From Niveibacterium sp. (GTDB lineage Bacteria; Pseudomonadota; Gammaproteobacteria; Burkholderiales; Rhodocyclaceae), in NCBI GenBank assembly GCA_031555325.1, contig JAVBUM010000031.1, positions 743 through 64,742 on the forward strand: a stretch of 64,000 bases of DNA, read 5' to 3'. This document shows, piece after piece, positions 9,490-19,524 of this stretch. The position numbers and the translations under genes were made by a program. Position 1 is the stretch's first letter; every line of letters begins with the position of its first letter. Under the pieces are notes generated by a model. The model did no database searches. It saw only the letters and a program-made list of their open reading frames with translations, and was not told where the DNA came from.

Positions 9490-9588
9490 ATCCAGCCTCT
9501 ACTGAGCCGCCTCAACGAGAGTGGCCCCGCGCCGGGAGGTAGTAAGCAAAGCGCACGTGGATGTGCCAGCCCCGACGGCCTTTCCATA

Positions 9589-10503
9589 TCAACCACGTTT
9601 ATCCCAAGCCGTGATCTTGTCGCGAATCGGCGCTATCGCTGCAAATCCAGCGCGTTCGCCTTCGATGATTGCCTCGTTGCGACCTTGGAAACTGGCAACA
9701 GGCAACGCCTGGATCTGCGGCCGGATCACGACATCGGCCTCCTTCAATTCATAACGGCCGATGGTGTTACCCATGATCGCGATGGTATCGAGGAGCACAT
9801 CAATGCTACCGGACCCCTTCTTGCCTGAAGGGCGGCCCGAGATGTCGACCGCAATAACGATATCCGCACCAAGTTGCCGCGCGGCACGCGCCGGCACCGG
9901 GCTGACCAGCCCACCGTCGACATATTCGTGCCCGCGAATCACCACCGGCGAGAATACGCCGGGGACCGAAGCCGATGCGCGCACCGCCTGCCCCACGTTG
10001 CCGCTGCCAAACACCATCGGCTCACCGGTGCCAAGATCGGTCGCAACCGCTGCAAAACGCCGCTTGAGCCCTTCGATCGGTTTGTTGCTGACCTGCTTGT
10101 TGATGAACGCCTCTAGTGCTTCGCCCTTGAGGAATCCACGCTCAAACAGCGCCCAATCCTTGAAACTCGCTTCTTCAAGCTGGATTGCGAGCTTTTGCAG
10201 ATCGAACGCACCAAAGCCAGCAGCATAGAGTGAACCCACCAAGCTACCGGCACTCGTACCGACCACAATGTCGGGCGATATGCCATTGGTATCAAGCGCC
10301 TTGATCACGCCAATATGTGCAAAGCCGCGCGCCGCACCACCCCCTAGAGCGAGTCCGATCTTCGGCTTCGCGCGCACAACCGGCGTTGCTGGCGCTGGGC
10401 GCGGCGGCTCTGGTTGGGGCGCCGAAGTTGAAGTAGGTGCGGTGGTCTGACAGGCAGCAACCAGCAGCGTCGCACTGCCCGCGAGGAAATCACGTCGTTT
10501 CAT
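9589..10503 (-). CDS. Patatin-like phospholipase, probable Tat lipoprotein
   Basis: MKRRDFL...LVAAC; GGGAARGFAHIG, GTSAG, DGG. Confidence 0.9.
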   Translation of the reverse strand: MKRRDFLAGSATLLVAACQTTAPTSTSAPQPEPPRPAPATPVVRAKPKIGLALGGGAARGFAHIGVIKALDTNGISPDIVVGTSAGSLVGSLYAAGFGAFDLQKLAIQLEEASFKDWALFERGFLKGEALEAFINKQVSNKPIEGLKRRFAAVATDLGTGEPMVFGSGNVGQAVRASASVPGVFSPVVIRGHEYVDGGLVSPVPARAARQLGADIVIAVDISGRPSGKKGSGSIDVLLDTIAIMGNTIGRYELKEADVVIRPQIQALPVASFQGRNEAIIEGERAGFAAIAPIRDKITAWDKRG

Positions 10504-10505
10504 GC

Positions 10506-11492
10506 TTATATCTTGATTGCGCGGACCATAGAGAGCGCGACATCGATTGCCGCAGCGAGGCTGCCAGGATCCGCACGACCTGTCCCCGCTAAATCCAATG
10601 CCGTGCCATGATCAACCGAAGTACGGACGATGGGCAGGCCAAGTGTGATGTTCACGCCGCCGCCGAAGCTCGCGTACTTGAGTGTCGGCAGGCCCTGGTC
10701 ATGAAACATCACGAGTACGGCATCGCCACGTTCGAGCTGGTGTGGCGTAAACATCGTGTCTGCCGGAAGTGGACCGATTAGATTCATTCCTTCGCCGCTA
10801 AGGCGCTCGATCACTGGCGAAATAACCTCGATCTCTTCGTGCCCCATATGACCGCCCTCGCCCGCATGCGGATTGAGGCCGGCCACAAGGACGCGTGGAG
10901 CCGAAATACCGAACTTATGGACAAGGTCCGAGTGAAGGATCCGCAAGGTAGATTCCAGCGAATCCTTTGTGAGCGCAGCCGATACGTCCTTGAGCGGAAG
11001 GTGCGTCGTGGCCAGCGCCACGCGCAGCCCACCGCCAGCAAGCATCATCACTACACGCGGCGTTCCGGTGCGTTCGGCCAAGTATTCGGTATGACCTGTG
11101 AACGCGATGCCAGCATCATTGATCACGCCCTTGTGAACAGGAGCGGTGACCATTGCATCGAAATCGCCCGCCACGCAGCCATCGATTGCCGCATCAAGCA
11201 TTGAAAGCACGTGTGCAGCATTTGCCGGATCGACGTGGCCGGCTACCACAGGCTTTCCGAGGGGAATATCCAGCACGTCAAGCGTGCCGGACTCAGGCGC
11301 CTCATCCCGCCGCCACGCACGCAGCCGTACTGCGAGCCCCAGTGATTCGGCTCGTTCCGCAAGCAGTGCAAGACTGCCTATTGCGACGATCTGCGCAGGC
11401 AACGCTCGCGTCGCGATCTGAACTGCGAGCTCCGGACCGATCCCAGCGGGCTCGCCACAGGTCAGCGCCAAGACCGGCGGTCTGTCCATCAC
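10506..11492 (-). CDS. pdxA: 4-hydroxythreonine-4-phosphate dehydrogenase
   Basis: GEPAGIGPE, TAPVHKG, GHTEYLA, GLNPHAGE, RTSVDHGTA. Confidence 0.97.
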   Translation of the reverse strand: MMDRPPVLALTCGEPAGIGPELAVQIATRALPAQIVAIGSLALLAERAESLGLAVRLRAWRRDEAPESGTLDVLDIPLGKPVVAGHVDPANAAHVLSMLDAAIDGCVAGDFDAMVTAPVHKGVINDAGIAFTGHTEYLAERTGTPRVVMMLAGGGLRVALATTHLPLKDVSAALTKDSLESTLRILHSDLVHKFGISAPRVLVAGLNPHAGEGGHMGHEEIEVISPVIERLSGEGMNLIGPLPADTMFTPHQLERGDAVLVMFHDQGLPTLKYASFGGGVNITLGLPIVRTSVDHGTALDLAGTGRADPGSLAAAIDVALSMVRAIKI

Positions 11493-12820
11493 TTCTTGTC
11501 TGCGGCAGTTTGTTCAGCTCGGGCAGCAAACGGCGAGCGCAACTCGACGAAGGCCTTATCGCGCAGCTGGCGTACGAATTCGTCATATGCCTCGTCGGAC
11601 TTGCGCTCGCGCAACGCGTTTCGCGCCTGAGTCTTTTTGCGGTCACTCGAAACATCCTCGGTGCGACGCTCCTGCACCTGGATTAAGTGCCAGCCAAACG
11701 GCGACTGGACCGGCATCGACAGCTCGCCTGGCTGCAGGGCGTTCATTGGACGCTCGAATTCCGGCACCGTCTCACCGGGACTGATCCAGCCAAGGTCACC
11801 CCCCTTCGGCGCACTACCATCACCGGAATAGCGCTTGGCTTGTTCGGCGAAGTCCGCGCCGCCCGCGATACGATCGTGAATCTGCATCAGTCGCTGGCGA
11901 GCCTCCGAATCACTCATCGTGTCCGTGGTCTTGATCAGTATGTGACGGACGCGCGTCTTGGTTACCTCTTCCGGTCCGCTGGCCGTTGCACCGCGCTGAT
12001 CGACCAGCTTGACGATGTGCAGCCCTGCGGGGCTCCGGAGTACGGCCGACAGGCCTCCCGGGCGAAGCATGCGGATGGCATCCGCATAAAGTGTCGGAAG
12101 ACGATCCGGACGGCGCCAGCCGAGATTGCCGCCCGAAAGGGCATCGGGTGCGTCGGAACTGGCAGCCGCAAGGCGGCTGAAGTCTTCGCCCGAGCGTGCC
12201 CGAGCCAGGATCTGTTCCGCTTTCTCCTGCAGTTTCGCCCACTGTGCACTATTGGCGCCTTCTGGTGCGCGCAGCAGGATATGAGCCACCTGCACTTCCT
12301 CATTGCTCGCCGCGACATTGGCTCGCAGGAAGGCTTCGATCTCCGTGTCGGTGATGAGGACACGACTATCGACCTCACGCTCACGCAGCCGGCCGATCGT
12401 CATTTCGTTGCGAATCTCCTCGCGGAAACTGCTCCAGTCGAGCCCGTCCTTCTGCAGGGCCTGGCGGAACTGCTGTACGGTCATCTTGTTGTTCTCGGCG
12501 ACACGCACGACCGCGCGCTCAAGCGTTGCATCATCGATGCGGACAGAAGTCTCGCGTGCAAACTGGAGTTGGACCCTCTCGTAAATCATGCGCTCGAGCA
12601 TCTGGCGCTCGAAGACGTCCTGTGGCGGCATCTGTGCGTTCTGCCTCTTCAACTGCGCCTGATACTGTCCGACACGCTGGTCAAGCTCGTGCCGCGTAAT
12701 GACCTCGTCATTTACCACAGCAGCAATCTGGTCGAGCGACTGGCGCGCCGAATGAGCCTGCGACACCGCGAGCATCGCAACGGCGGCGAACATCAGGCGG
12801 AGAAAATAGTTCATTTTCAT
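11489..12820 (-). CDS. surA: Periplasmic chaperone/PPIase SurA
   Basis: IAAVVNDEVIT, two parvulin domains (GGNLGW, GGDLGW); located between lptD and pdxA. Confidence 0.95.
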   Translation of the reverse strand: MKMNYFLRLMFAAVAMLAVSQAHSARQSLDQIAAVVNDEVITRHELDQRVGQYQAQLKRQNAQMPPQDVFERQMLERMIYERVQLQFARETSVRIDDATLERAVVRVAENNKMTVQQFRQALQKDGLDWSSFREEIRNEMTIGRLREREVDSRVLITDTEIEAFLRANVAASNEEVQVAHILLRAPEGANSAQWAKLQEKAEQILARARSGEDFSRLAAASSDAPDALSGGNLGWRRPDRLPTLYADAIRMLRPGGLSAVLRSPAGLHIVKLVDQRGATASGPEEVTKTRVRHILIKTTDTMSDSEARQRLMQIHDRIAGGADFAEQAKRYSGDGSAPKGGDLGWISPGETVPEFERPMNALQPGELSMPVQSPFGWHLIQVQERRTEDVSSDRKKTQARNALRERKSDEAYDEFVRQLRDKAFVELRSPFAARAEQTAADKK

Positions 12821-12848
12821 TGGTTCCTCAGGTGCCGCAAGACGGCCG

Positions 12849-15137
12849 TTACTGCGAGCCGAATACCGGATCGGCGACCGGTTGGTTGATGCGGCCATAG
12901 CCGACGACACTGCGTTCGAGCAAGCTGACCGGGCTGTTGCCCACGCTTACGACACCACCGAACTCAAACTGGATGTAGTAGGCGGTGGTATAGAGGCCAC
13001 TGGTGTTGAGCAGCCTGTGGCCGAGTCCGCGAAAAACCCAGCAACCACCGTTGTATTCGACCCCCGCAAGGGCTTCGGTGAGCTTATCGGCTTTCTGGTC
13101 ACCCGACACCCGCGCCACGCCATAGAAATTGCCGTAGATCGGCCACTGGATCGCAAAATCGAGATCGGTGTACTGGTCACGCAGGTAGCGGTACGACATC
13201 GACAGGACCCGCGCGAAACCGGGCCGGTAGCGCACGCCAAGATTCAGTCGCTCCATCTCGCCATCGCGCGGATTGTACTGGGTGAACAGATCAAGTGTTG
13301 TCGATGGCAAGACCTGTCCAGAGAACTGCGCCAGCAAGTCAGCAATCTGCCCGGTACGTGTGCCTGTACCCGGCAAGGTGACGCGTTGATCGTTGAAGTA
13401 GTAACGCGTGCCGAACGACGCCCGCAGCAGCTCGACGCCAGTTTCAGAGTTAATCAGGCGTGAGCTGATCGCCGCAGTAATCTGGTTGGCATTCGCCCAG
13501 CGGTCCTGGCCCGAGTAGATGTTCTCGGAAAAAATCTGGCCGAAGTTGTAGTCGGCAAGTGCCGTGTCGAACACCGGCAGATCATCCTGAAACCGGTACG
13601 GCACATTGAGATAGTAGAGCCTCGGTTCGAGTGTCTGCTCGTAGGTCTTGCCACGGAACTCCGTCTGGCGGTCGAAGAACAGTCCAGAATCGAGGCTGAA
13701 GATCGGCAGCACGCGAGTTTCGTTGGAAGGCCCGGCCGTAACCCGTTCATCAAGGCTGTACTGCGTAATGTGGAGACCAGCCTTTGGCGTGATGAAGCCG
13801 GCCGGTCGCACGAAGTTGTACTGGATCTGCGGATACGTATAGGAGCGCCAGCCGGTATCGGCATTACCAAGCTGGAAATACGTGGCATCAAACGGCACTC
13901 GCAACGAAAAACCGTTCAACTCCGGGAAATACGCTTGGCCGGATACTTCGGGTAAACGGTTGTACTGGGGTGTACCAGCGATCGTCTGCAAGCGTTGTGC
14001 GAGCACATTCGAGGTAAACCAGGAACCATTTGTCCAGGACAAGGCACCTTCGCGGAACAGCGTATCAGTCGAAGTCTGCGTGACGCGGGACGACAGATCG
14101 TTGAAGTAGTCCTTGTCGCTGACCGCGTTGTAGTTCACCCGTCCCGAAAACCCATACCCGAAGGTCTGCATATGCTGGAACGAGATCGCTGATCGGTCTT
14201 CGCCCGTAACACGGTCGTTAGGCAGGTATTCCGTCTGCAACTGCCCGCTGAAGGTTGGTGTGAGATAGCGGAACTCGTTGTTGAGCTGGATGCCGCGCCG
14301 GGTCAGGATCCGCGGCACAAGCGTGTCGTCGTAGTTCGGCGCGAGGTTGAAGTAATACGGAATCGTCAGATCGACACCGGTAACGTTCGAGGTGCCGAAC
14401 GTCGGCGCTAACAGGCCCGAGCGGCGATCACCCGTGAGCGGGAATGCAATCGCCGGCGTGTAAAAGATAGGCGCCCCCCCGAAATGAAAGGTCGCCCCGC
14501 TGCCGTTACCATCGTTCCGGTTGTAGTCGAGATCCAGTTCCTTCGCCTTCAAATACCAGTCCGGATCGTTCGACTCGCAGGTGGTAAACAGAGCGTTCTT
14601 CAGGATGTAGTGGTTCTCGCCAAGCAATTCCATGGATTCGGCCGAACCGAATCCCTTGACGGTCATCTTGCCGCTTCGTCCCCCCGACGTAGTCGTGCGC
14701 TGGCGCTCGATCTGAAAGGAAGGCTCGTCGAACTTGCCCTTTTGCTCATCCACATAAAGTTGCAGATGCGGTCCGGTCACGACGTCTGTACCACGGAAAA
14801 GCTTGACGTTGCCAGCCGCATCGACCATGTCAGTAAGCTGGTCGTAGCTGACTGCATCCGCCTCGAGCCGCGTTGCGTCGCGGCGAATCTTAACGGAGCC
14901 GGCTGCCTGCACCCGTACATCCTGTACGCCTTCAACCTTGTCGGCTTCTATACGCGTAGGCCCTGACGGGGTCGCAGGTCGCTGGGGCGTGCCGGCAGTC
15001 GAAGCACTCGCCGCTTGGGCAAGCATCAAACGGAAAACGTCCACCGAGTACGCGGGGGCGTCTGCAAAAGCAGGCGTCGCCGCTATCGCAAGCAGCGGCA
15101 ACAGACGCGAGAATCGAAAGCGAGGCAAGGGCGGCAC
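12849..15137 (-). CDS. lptD: LPS assembly protein LptD
   Basis: OstA-like N-domain, FTTC..W, RSGLLAP, IPYYFNLAPNYD, beta-barrel, YNGGCW. Confidence 0.95.
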   Translation of the reverse strand: MPPLPRFRFSRLLPLLAIAATPAFADAPAYSVDVFRLMLAQAASASTAGTPQRPATPSGPTRIEADKVEGVQDVRVQAAGSVKIRRDATRLEADAVSYDQLTDMVDAAGNVKLFRGTDVVTGPHLQLYVDEQKGKFDEPSFQIERQRTTTSGGRSGKMTVKGFGSAESMELLGENHYILKNALFTTCESNDPDWYLKAKELDLDYNRNDGNGSGATFHFGGAPIFYTPAIAFPLTGDRRSGLLAPTFGTSNVTGVDLTIPYYFNLAPNYDDTLVPRILTRRGIQLNNEFRYLTPTFSGQLQTEYLPNDRVTGEDRSAISFQHMQTFGYGFSGRVNYNAVSDKDYFNDLSSRVTQTSTDTLFREGALSWTNGSWFTSNVLAQRLQTIAGTPQYNRLPEVSGQAYFPELNGFSLRVPFDATYFQLGNADTGWRSYTYPQIQYNFVRPAGFITPKAGLHITQYSLDERVTAGPSNETRVLPIFSLDSGLFFDRQTEFRGKTYEQTLEPRLYYLNVPYRFQDDLPVFDTALADYNFGQIFSENIYSGQDRWANANQITAAISSRLINSETGVELLRASFGTRYYFNDQRVTLPGTGTRTGQIADLLAQFSGQVLPSTTLDLFTQYNPRDGEMERLNLGVRYRPGFARVLSMSYRYLRDQYTDLDFAIQWPIYGNFYGVARVSGDQKADKLTEALAGVEYNGGCWVFRGLGHRLLNTSGLYTTAYYIQFEFGGVVSVGNSPVSLLERSVVGYGRINQPVADPVFGSQ

Positions 15138-15237
15138 GCGGAGATCGGGGCTAAACGCCCCTTTGCTAAAATCGTGGATCTTACATCATGCATTTGCGCA
15201 TCCCCTGCGGGGTAATGCAATCGAGGAGCTTTGCGTT

Positions 15238-16236
15238 TTGGATCGACTCGCGCGTCTCACCAAATGGCTGGGAGAACAACAACCCAGCCGCACTTTCAGC
15301 CTCTCGCCCGCTTCGGCCGATGCGAGTTTTCGCCGCTACTTTCGCGTCCACTTCGACAATGGCGAAACCCTGATCGCGATGGATGCTCCGCCCGAACAGG
15401 AGAACAGCGAACCCTTCATCGCCGTGGCAAAGCTCTTTGCCGAAGCCGGCGCCCATGTACCCGAAATCCATGCAACCGACCTCAACGAGGGTTTTCTGCT
15501 GCTTTCCGATCTCGGAAACACCACCTACTTCCAAGCGTTGAATGAGGACAATGCCGCAGCCCTCTACGCCGACGCGCTGGGTAGCCTTGCAGCCATCCAG
15601 CGAGCGAGCCGCCCGGGAGTCCTGCCGGAATACGACCGCGAATTTCTGACACGCGAGCTCGAATTGTTTCCAGTGTGGTACATCTCGCGCCATAAGGGCA
15701 TGGCATTGTCCGAGGCAGACACCTCTGTGTTGTATGACGCCTTCGACACCATCCTCGACATTAATTGCGCCGAGCCACAGGTCTACGTCCACCGCGACTT
15801 TCATTCACGCAACCTGATGGTCTGCGAAGACCGCAACCCTGGCGTGCTCGATTTCCAGGGCGCGCGCTATGGACCGCTTTCGTATGATCTTGTCTCACTG
15901 TTCAAGGATTGCTACATCGAGTGGGACGAGGAGCTCACGCTAGACTGGCTGGCGCGATATTGGGGCGTCGCGCGCGACCTCGGCCTGCCAGTTCGCACCG
16001 ACTTCGCTGAGTTTCATCGCGACTACGAATTTATGGGACTGCAGCGGCATCTCAAGGTCCTTGGCATCTTCGCCCGGCTGCACCACCGAGATGGTAAGGA
16101 CGGCTATCTGAAGGATCTGCCCCGTGTCTGGAGCTACGCACGCAAGACTGCCGAACGGTATCGCGAGCTAAAACCACTCGCCCGCCTGCTCGACCGCATC
16201 GAACCCGTGCAGCGCAACGAAGGCCTCACCTTCTGA
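15238..16236 (+). CDS. amgK: Aminoglycoside-phosphotransferase-family sugar kinase (AmgK-like, peptidoglycan recycling)
   Basis: SADASFRRYFR, HRDFHSRNLM, LDFQ, QRHLKVLGIFARL; GAGGAG RBS before TTG; paired with murU. Confidence 0.88.
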   Translation: MDRLARLTKWLGEQQPSRTFSLSPASADASFRRYFRVHFDNGETLIAMDAPPEQENSEPFIAVAKLFAEAGAHVPEIHATDLNEGFLLLSDLGNTTYFQALNEDNAAALYADALGSLAAIQRASRPGVLPEYDREFLTRELELFPVWYISRHKGMALSEADTSVLYDAFDTILDINCAEPQVYVHRDFHSRNLMVCEDRNPGVLDFQGARYGPLSYDLVSLFKDCYIEWDEELTLDWLARYWGVARDLGLPVRTDFAEFHRDYEFMGLQRHLKVLGIFARLHHRDGKDGYLKDLPRVWSYARKTAERYRELKPLARLLDRIEPVQRNEGLTF

Positions 16237-16925
16237 TGCGCGCCTTTGTCTTCGCCGCTGGCCGCGGTGAGCGCATGCGACCGCTGACGGACAGCACACC
16301 CAAACCGCTGCTGCAGGTGGGTGGCAAGCCGCTTATCGTCTGGCATCTGGAAAAGCTCGCTGCAGCAGGTTTTCGCGACATCGTGATCAACACCGCCTGG
16401 CTGGGCGACCAGATTGAAGCCGCGCTCGGCAACGGCTCATGCTGGGATGTCCGCATCGCATGGTCGCGCGAAGGCGAGGCACTCGAGACCGCGGGCGGTA
16501 TCGCGTATGCCTTGCATCTGCTGGGCGACGAGCCGTTCGTTTCTATCTCGGCCGACATATTCTCAGACTACGACTACTCGCTTCTTGTCCCGCGACTCCA
16601 AGCGATGCGCGATTCACCGTCCGCGCCCGATGCACACCTCGTGATGGTTCCGAATCCGCCCTTCCATCCGGCGGGCGATTTCGCGATCCACGCAAACAGC
16701 CAACTCGCGCTGGAGGGCGACGAGAAATACAACTACGCGGGCTTCAGCCTGCACCGCCCAGCGCTATTCCGCGATATCGTGCCCGGCTCGCGGCTTGCCA
16801 TGCGGCCAATCTGGAACACATTGATCCCGGTGGGTCGTGCGACGGGCGAACTGTTCACCGGACGCTGGGAGAACATTGGCACGCCACAGCAGCTCGCCGC
16901 GCTCGACGCTGCCCTCAAAACCTGA
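16236..16925 (+). CDS. murU: N-acetylmuramate alpha-1-phosphate uridylyltransferase
   Basis: AAGRGERMRPLTDSTPKPLL, ETAGGI, WENIGTP. Confidence 0.88.
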   Translation: MRAFVFAAGRGERMRPLTDSTPKPLLQVGGKPLIVWHLEKLAAAGFRDIVINTAWLGDQIEAALGNGSCWDVRIAWSREGEALETAGGIAYALHLLGDEPFVSISADIFSDYDYSLLVPRLQAMRDSPSAPDAHLVMVPNPPFHPAGDFAIHANSQLALEGDEKYNYAGFSLHRPALFRDIVPGSRLAMRPIWNTLIPVGRATGELFTGRWENIGTPQQLAALDAALKT

Positions 16926-16937
16926 CAGGACATCAGG

Positions 16938-18251
16938 ATGGACTTCGACCCCACTCCGTTCGCAGCCCGCCGCCAGCGCCTCTCGGAGGCGATGATCGAG
17001 GCCGGCGGTGGCATTGCGCTCATCCCCGCCGCGCACCAGTCGCTGCGTAATGCAGACGTCGAATACCCCTATCGCTTCGACTCAAACCTCTACTACCTGT
17101 CGGGATTTCGCGAGCCCGGGGCATTGATTGCCATCGTCGCCGGCAGCCAACCTCGCAGCATCCTGTTCTGCCGCGAAAAGAATCGTGAACTTGAAACTTG
17201 GGAAGGCTTCCGGCACGGCCCTGACATGGCAGGCAGGATCTTCGGATTCGACGAAGCTTGGCCGATCAGTGAGCTGGAAGCCCATCTGCCCGACCTCCTC
17301 GCCGACCAGCCGACGGTATTCAGCGCGATCGGCATCGATCGTGAGCACGACCAGCGCGTCGCCGATGCAATCAATACCGTACGTGATCGTGCGCGCAGCG
17401 GGGTCATGCCCCCTGTGCAAGTCGCCGAATTGCGGGAGATCCTCGACGAGATGCGTCTCTTCAAGGACCCCTACGAACTCGCCGCGATGCGTCGTGCCAC
17501 CACGATCGCGGCAGCGGCTCACGTGCGCGCCATGCGCTTTGCACATCCCGGTCGCTTCGAATATCAGGTCCAGGCCGAACTGGAACACGAATTCATGATG
17601 GCTGGCGCACAAGCATCCGCCTATCCACCGATCGTCGCGAGCGGTGCCAACGCCTGCGTCCTCCACTACGTAGACAATCGCGCCGAACTACATCCGGGCA
17701 CCTTGTTGCTGATCGATGCGGGTTGCGAAGTCGATGGCTACGCCTCAGACATCACACGCACCTTTCCGGTGAGTGGGTGCTTCAGCGGGCCACAACGCGA
17801 AGTCTACGAACTGGTTCTCGCCGCCCAAGCTGCGGCATTCGACGCGGTCCGCGTCGGACAACCTTATGTCGCCTACCACGATGCTGCAGTCGCCGTGCTG
17901 GTAAGCGGCTTGGTCGATCTCGGCCTACTTGCCGGCTCAGTCGACGGACTCATCGAATCCGGGGCCTACAAGCGCTTTTATATGCACGGTACCGGGCACT
18001 GGCTTGGCCTCGATGTTCACGATGCAGGCCGCTACAAGATCTCCGGAGACTGGCGCCCGCTCGCCGCACGCCAGGTCGTTACGGTAGAACCCGGCCTCTA
18101 CATCCGCGCAGCCGACGATATTCCGGAACGCTTTCACGACATCGGTGTCCGCATCGAAGACGACGTCCTGGTGACGGAAGCAGGCATCGAGATCCTTACC
18201 GACGCAGCACCACGCAGCATCAACGACATAGAGACACTGACAAGTCAATGA
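16938..18251 (+). CDS. pepP: Xaa-Pro aminopeptidase P
   Basis: YRFDSNLYYLSG, LIDAGCE, SDITRTFP, HGTGHWLGLDVHD, EPGLY, RIEDD. Confidence 0.96.
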   Translation: MDFDPTPFAARRQRLSEAMIEAGGGIALIPAAHQSLRNADVEYPYRFDSNLYYLSGFREPGALIAIVAGSQPRSILFCREKNRELETWEGFRHGPDMAGRIFGFDEAWPISELEAHLPDLLADQPTVFSAIGIDREHDQRVADAINTVRDRARSGVMPPVQVAELREILDEMRLFKDPYELAAMRRATTIAAAAHVRAMRFAHPGRFEYQVQAELEHEFMMAGAQASAYPPIVASGANACVLHYVDNRAELHPGTLLLIDAGCEVDGYASDITRTFPVSGCFSGPQREVYELVLAAQAAAFDAVRVGQPYVAYHDAAVAVLVSGLVDLGLLAGSVDGLIESGAYKRFYMHGTGHWLGLDVHDAGRYKISGDWRPLAARQVVTVEPGLYIRAADDIPERFHDIGVRIEDDVLVTEAGIEILTDAAPRSINDIETLTSQ

Positions 18252-19408
18252 GTACGGATACCGAAATCCTCGTCATCGGTGGCGGACCCGTCGGGCTCGC
18301 ACTCGCCCTCGCACTGCATCGCGCGGGCCGCACTGTGCGCATTGTCGATGCCCGGGAAGCAGGTGCCGGCAGCCGCGACGCGCGGGTGCTCGCGCTTTCC
18401 CATGGCACTCGGCAAATACTCGAACGGCTTGATGCTTGGCCGTCGACCGGCTGGACCCCGATCAAGCACATCCACGTTTCCCAGCGTGGCGCGCTCGGTC
18501 GCACCCGCATTGAAGCGTGCGATTATGGCGTTCCCGCGCTCGGCTATGTCATTGCTGCCGCACGCCTTTACGAATCGCTCGCAGCCCGCGCCGCAACGGC
18601 CCACATCTCGATTGATCATGGCAAGCGCGTAGCGCACCTGCCGACTGACGACGAACGCGTGATTGCTGAACTGGAAGGCGACCGCGGCGACAGCATCACA
18701 GCACGGCTAGCTGCCTGCTGCGAAGGCGGCATCGGCGGCGACGACACCGCAGCCTTGGCGGTCAAGCAACGCAATTACGACCAGCATGCACTGATCGCGC
18801 GCGCGACAGTTGCTGCACCGCACGACAACATCGCCTTCGAGCGCTTCACATCTGAAGGTCCGCTCGCCCTGTTACCGCATGGCGCAGACTATTCGGTGGT
18901 GTGGACTGTCTCACCCGAACGGGCGGCCGAATTGGGCGCACTCAACGACACGGCATTCCGCATTGCCTTACAGACAGCCTTTGGCCATCGCGTACGCTTT
19001 TGTGGCATATCGGAGCGCGCAAGCTTTCCGCTCGGCCTAAGGGTACGCAGCCAACCAATCGGCCAGCGGCGCATCTGGCTTGGAAACGCAGCGCAAACGC
19101 TGCATCCGGTTGCAGGGCAGGGCTTCAACCTCGCACTGCGCGACGTCTGGACGTTGGCCGACCTGCTCGATTCATCCTCTGTGCCGGATCCCGGTGCAGG
19201 CGAAGTACTCACCCACTACGCCCACCGGCGCCTGTTCGATCGGTCAGGGACCATCGGGCTCACCGACGGACTCGTCCGCGTGTTTTCGAACAACGATCCA
19301 CTGCTCCGGCACCTGCGCGGTGCCGGGCTGTTCGCGCTCGATACCCTGCCCCCCTTACGCCATTTCCTCGCCAAACGTATGCTCTTCGGCGCCCGCGCAT
19401 GGCCTTGA
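18248..19408 (+). CDS. ubiH: UbiH/Coq6-family FAD-dependent hydroxylase
   Basis: IGGGPVG, ERFTSEGPLALLP, GNAAQTLHPVAGQGFNLALRD; follows pepP. Confidence 0.9.
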   Translation: MSTDTEILVIGGGPVGLALALALHRAGRTVRIVDAREAGAGSRDARVLALSHGTRQILERLDAWPSTGWTPIKHIHVSQRGALGRTRIEACDYGVPALGYVIAAARLYESLAARAATAHISIDHGKRVAHLPTDDERVIAELEGDRGDSITARLAACCEGGIGGDDTAALAVKQRNYDQHALIARATVAAPHDNIAFERFTSEGPLALLPHGADYSVVWTVSPERAAELGALNDTAFRIALQTAFGHRVRFCGISERASFPLGLRVRSQPIGQRRIWLGNAAQTLHPVAGQGFNLALRDVWTLADLLDSSSVPDPGAGEVLTHYAHRRLFDRSGTIGLTDGLVRVFSNNDPLLRHLRGAGLFALDTLPPLRHFLAKRMLFGARAWP

Positions 19409-19524
19409 CCTATGTGTCGCATACCGCAGCCAAAGGCTCGCGTCGCAACTTGGACATAGATTGACCGACGGGGTCAGTGGCAGTGGGGTAGAATTACGGG
19501 CTTTTCCCAAGCGTCGCCCTCCCC

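Noticed and set aside
11687-12889. 400-aa plus-strand ORF
   Set aside because: Antisense shadow of surA; long shadow frames are common in high-GC DNA.
17723-18247. Apparent 175-aa N-terminal extension of ubiH
   Set aside because: Alternative frame overlapping pepP; the real start is ATG 18248, overlapping the pepP stop.
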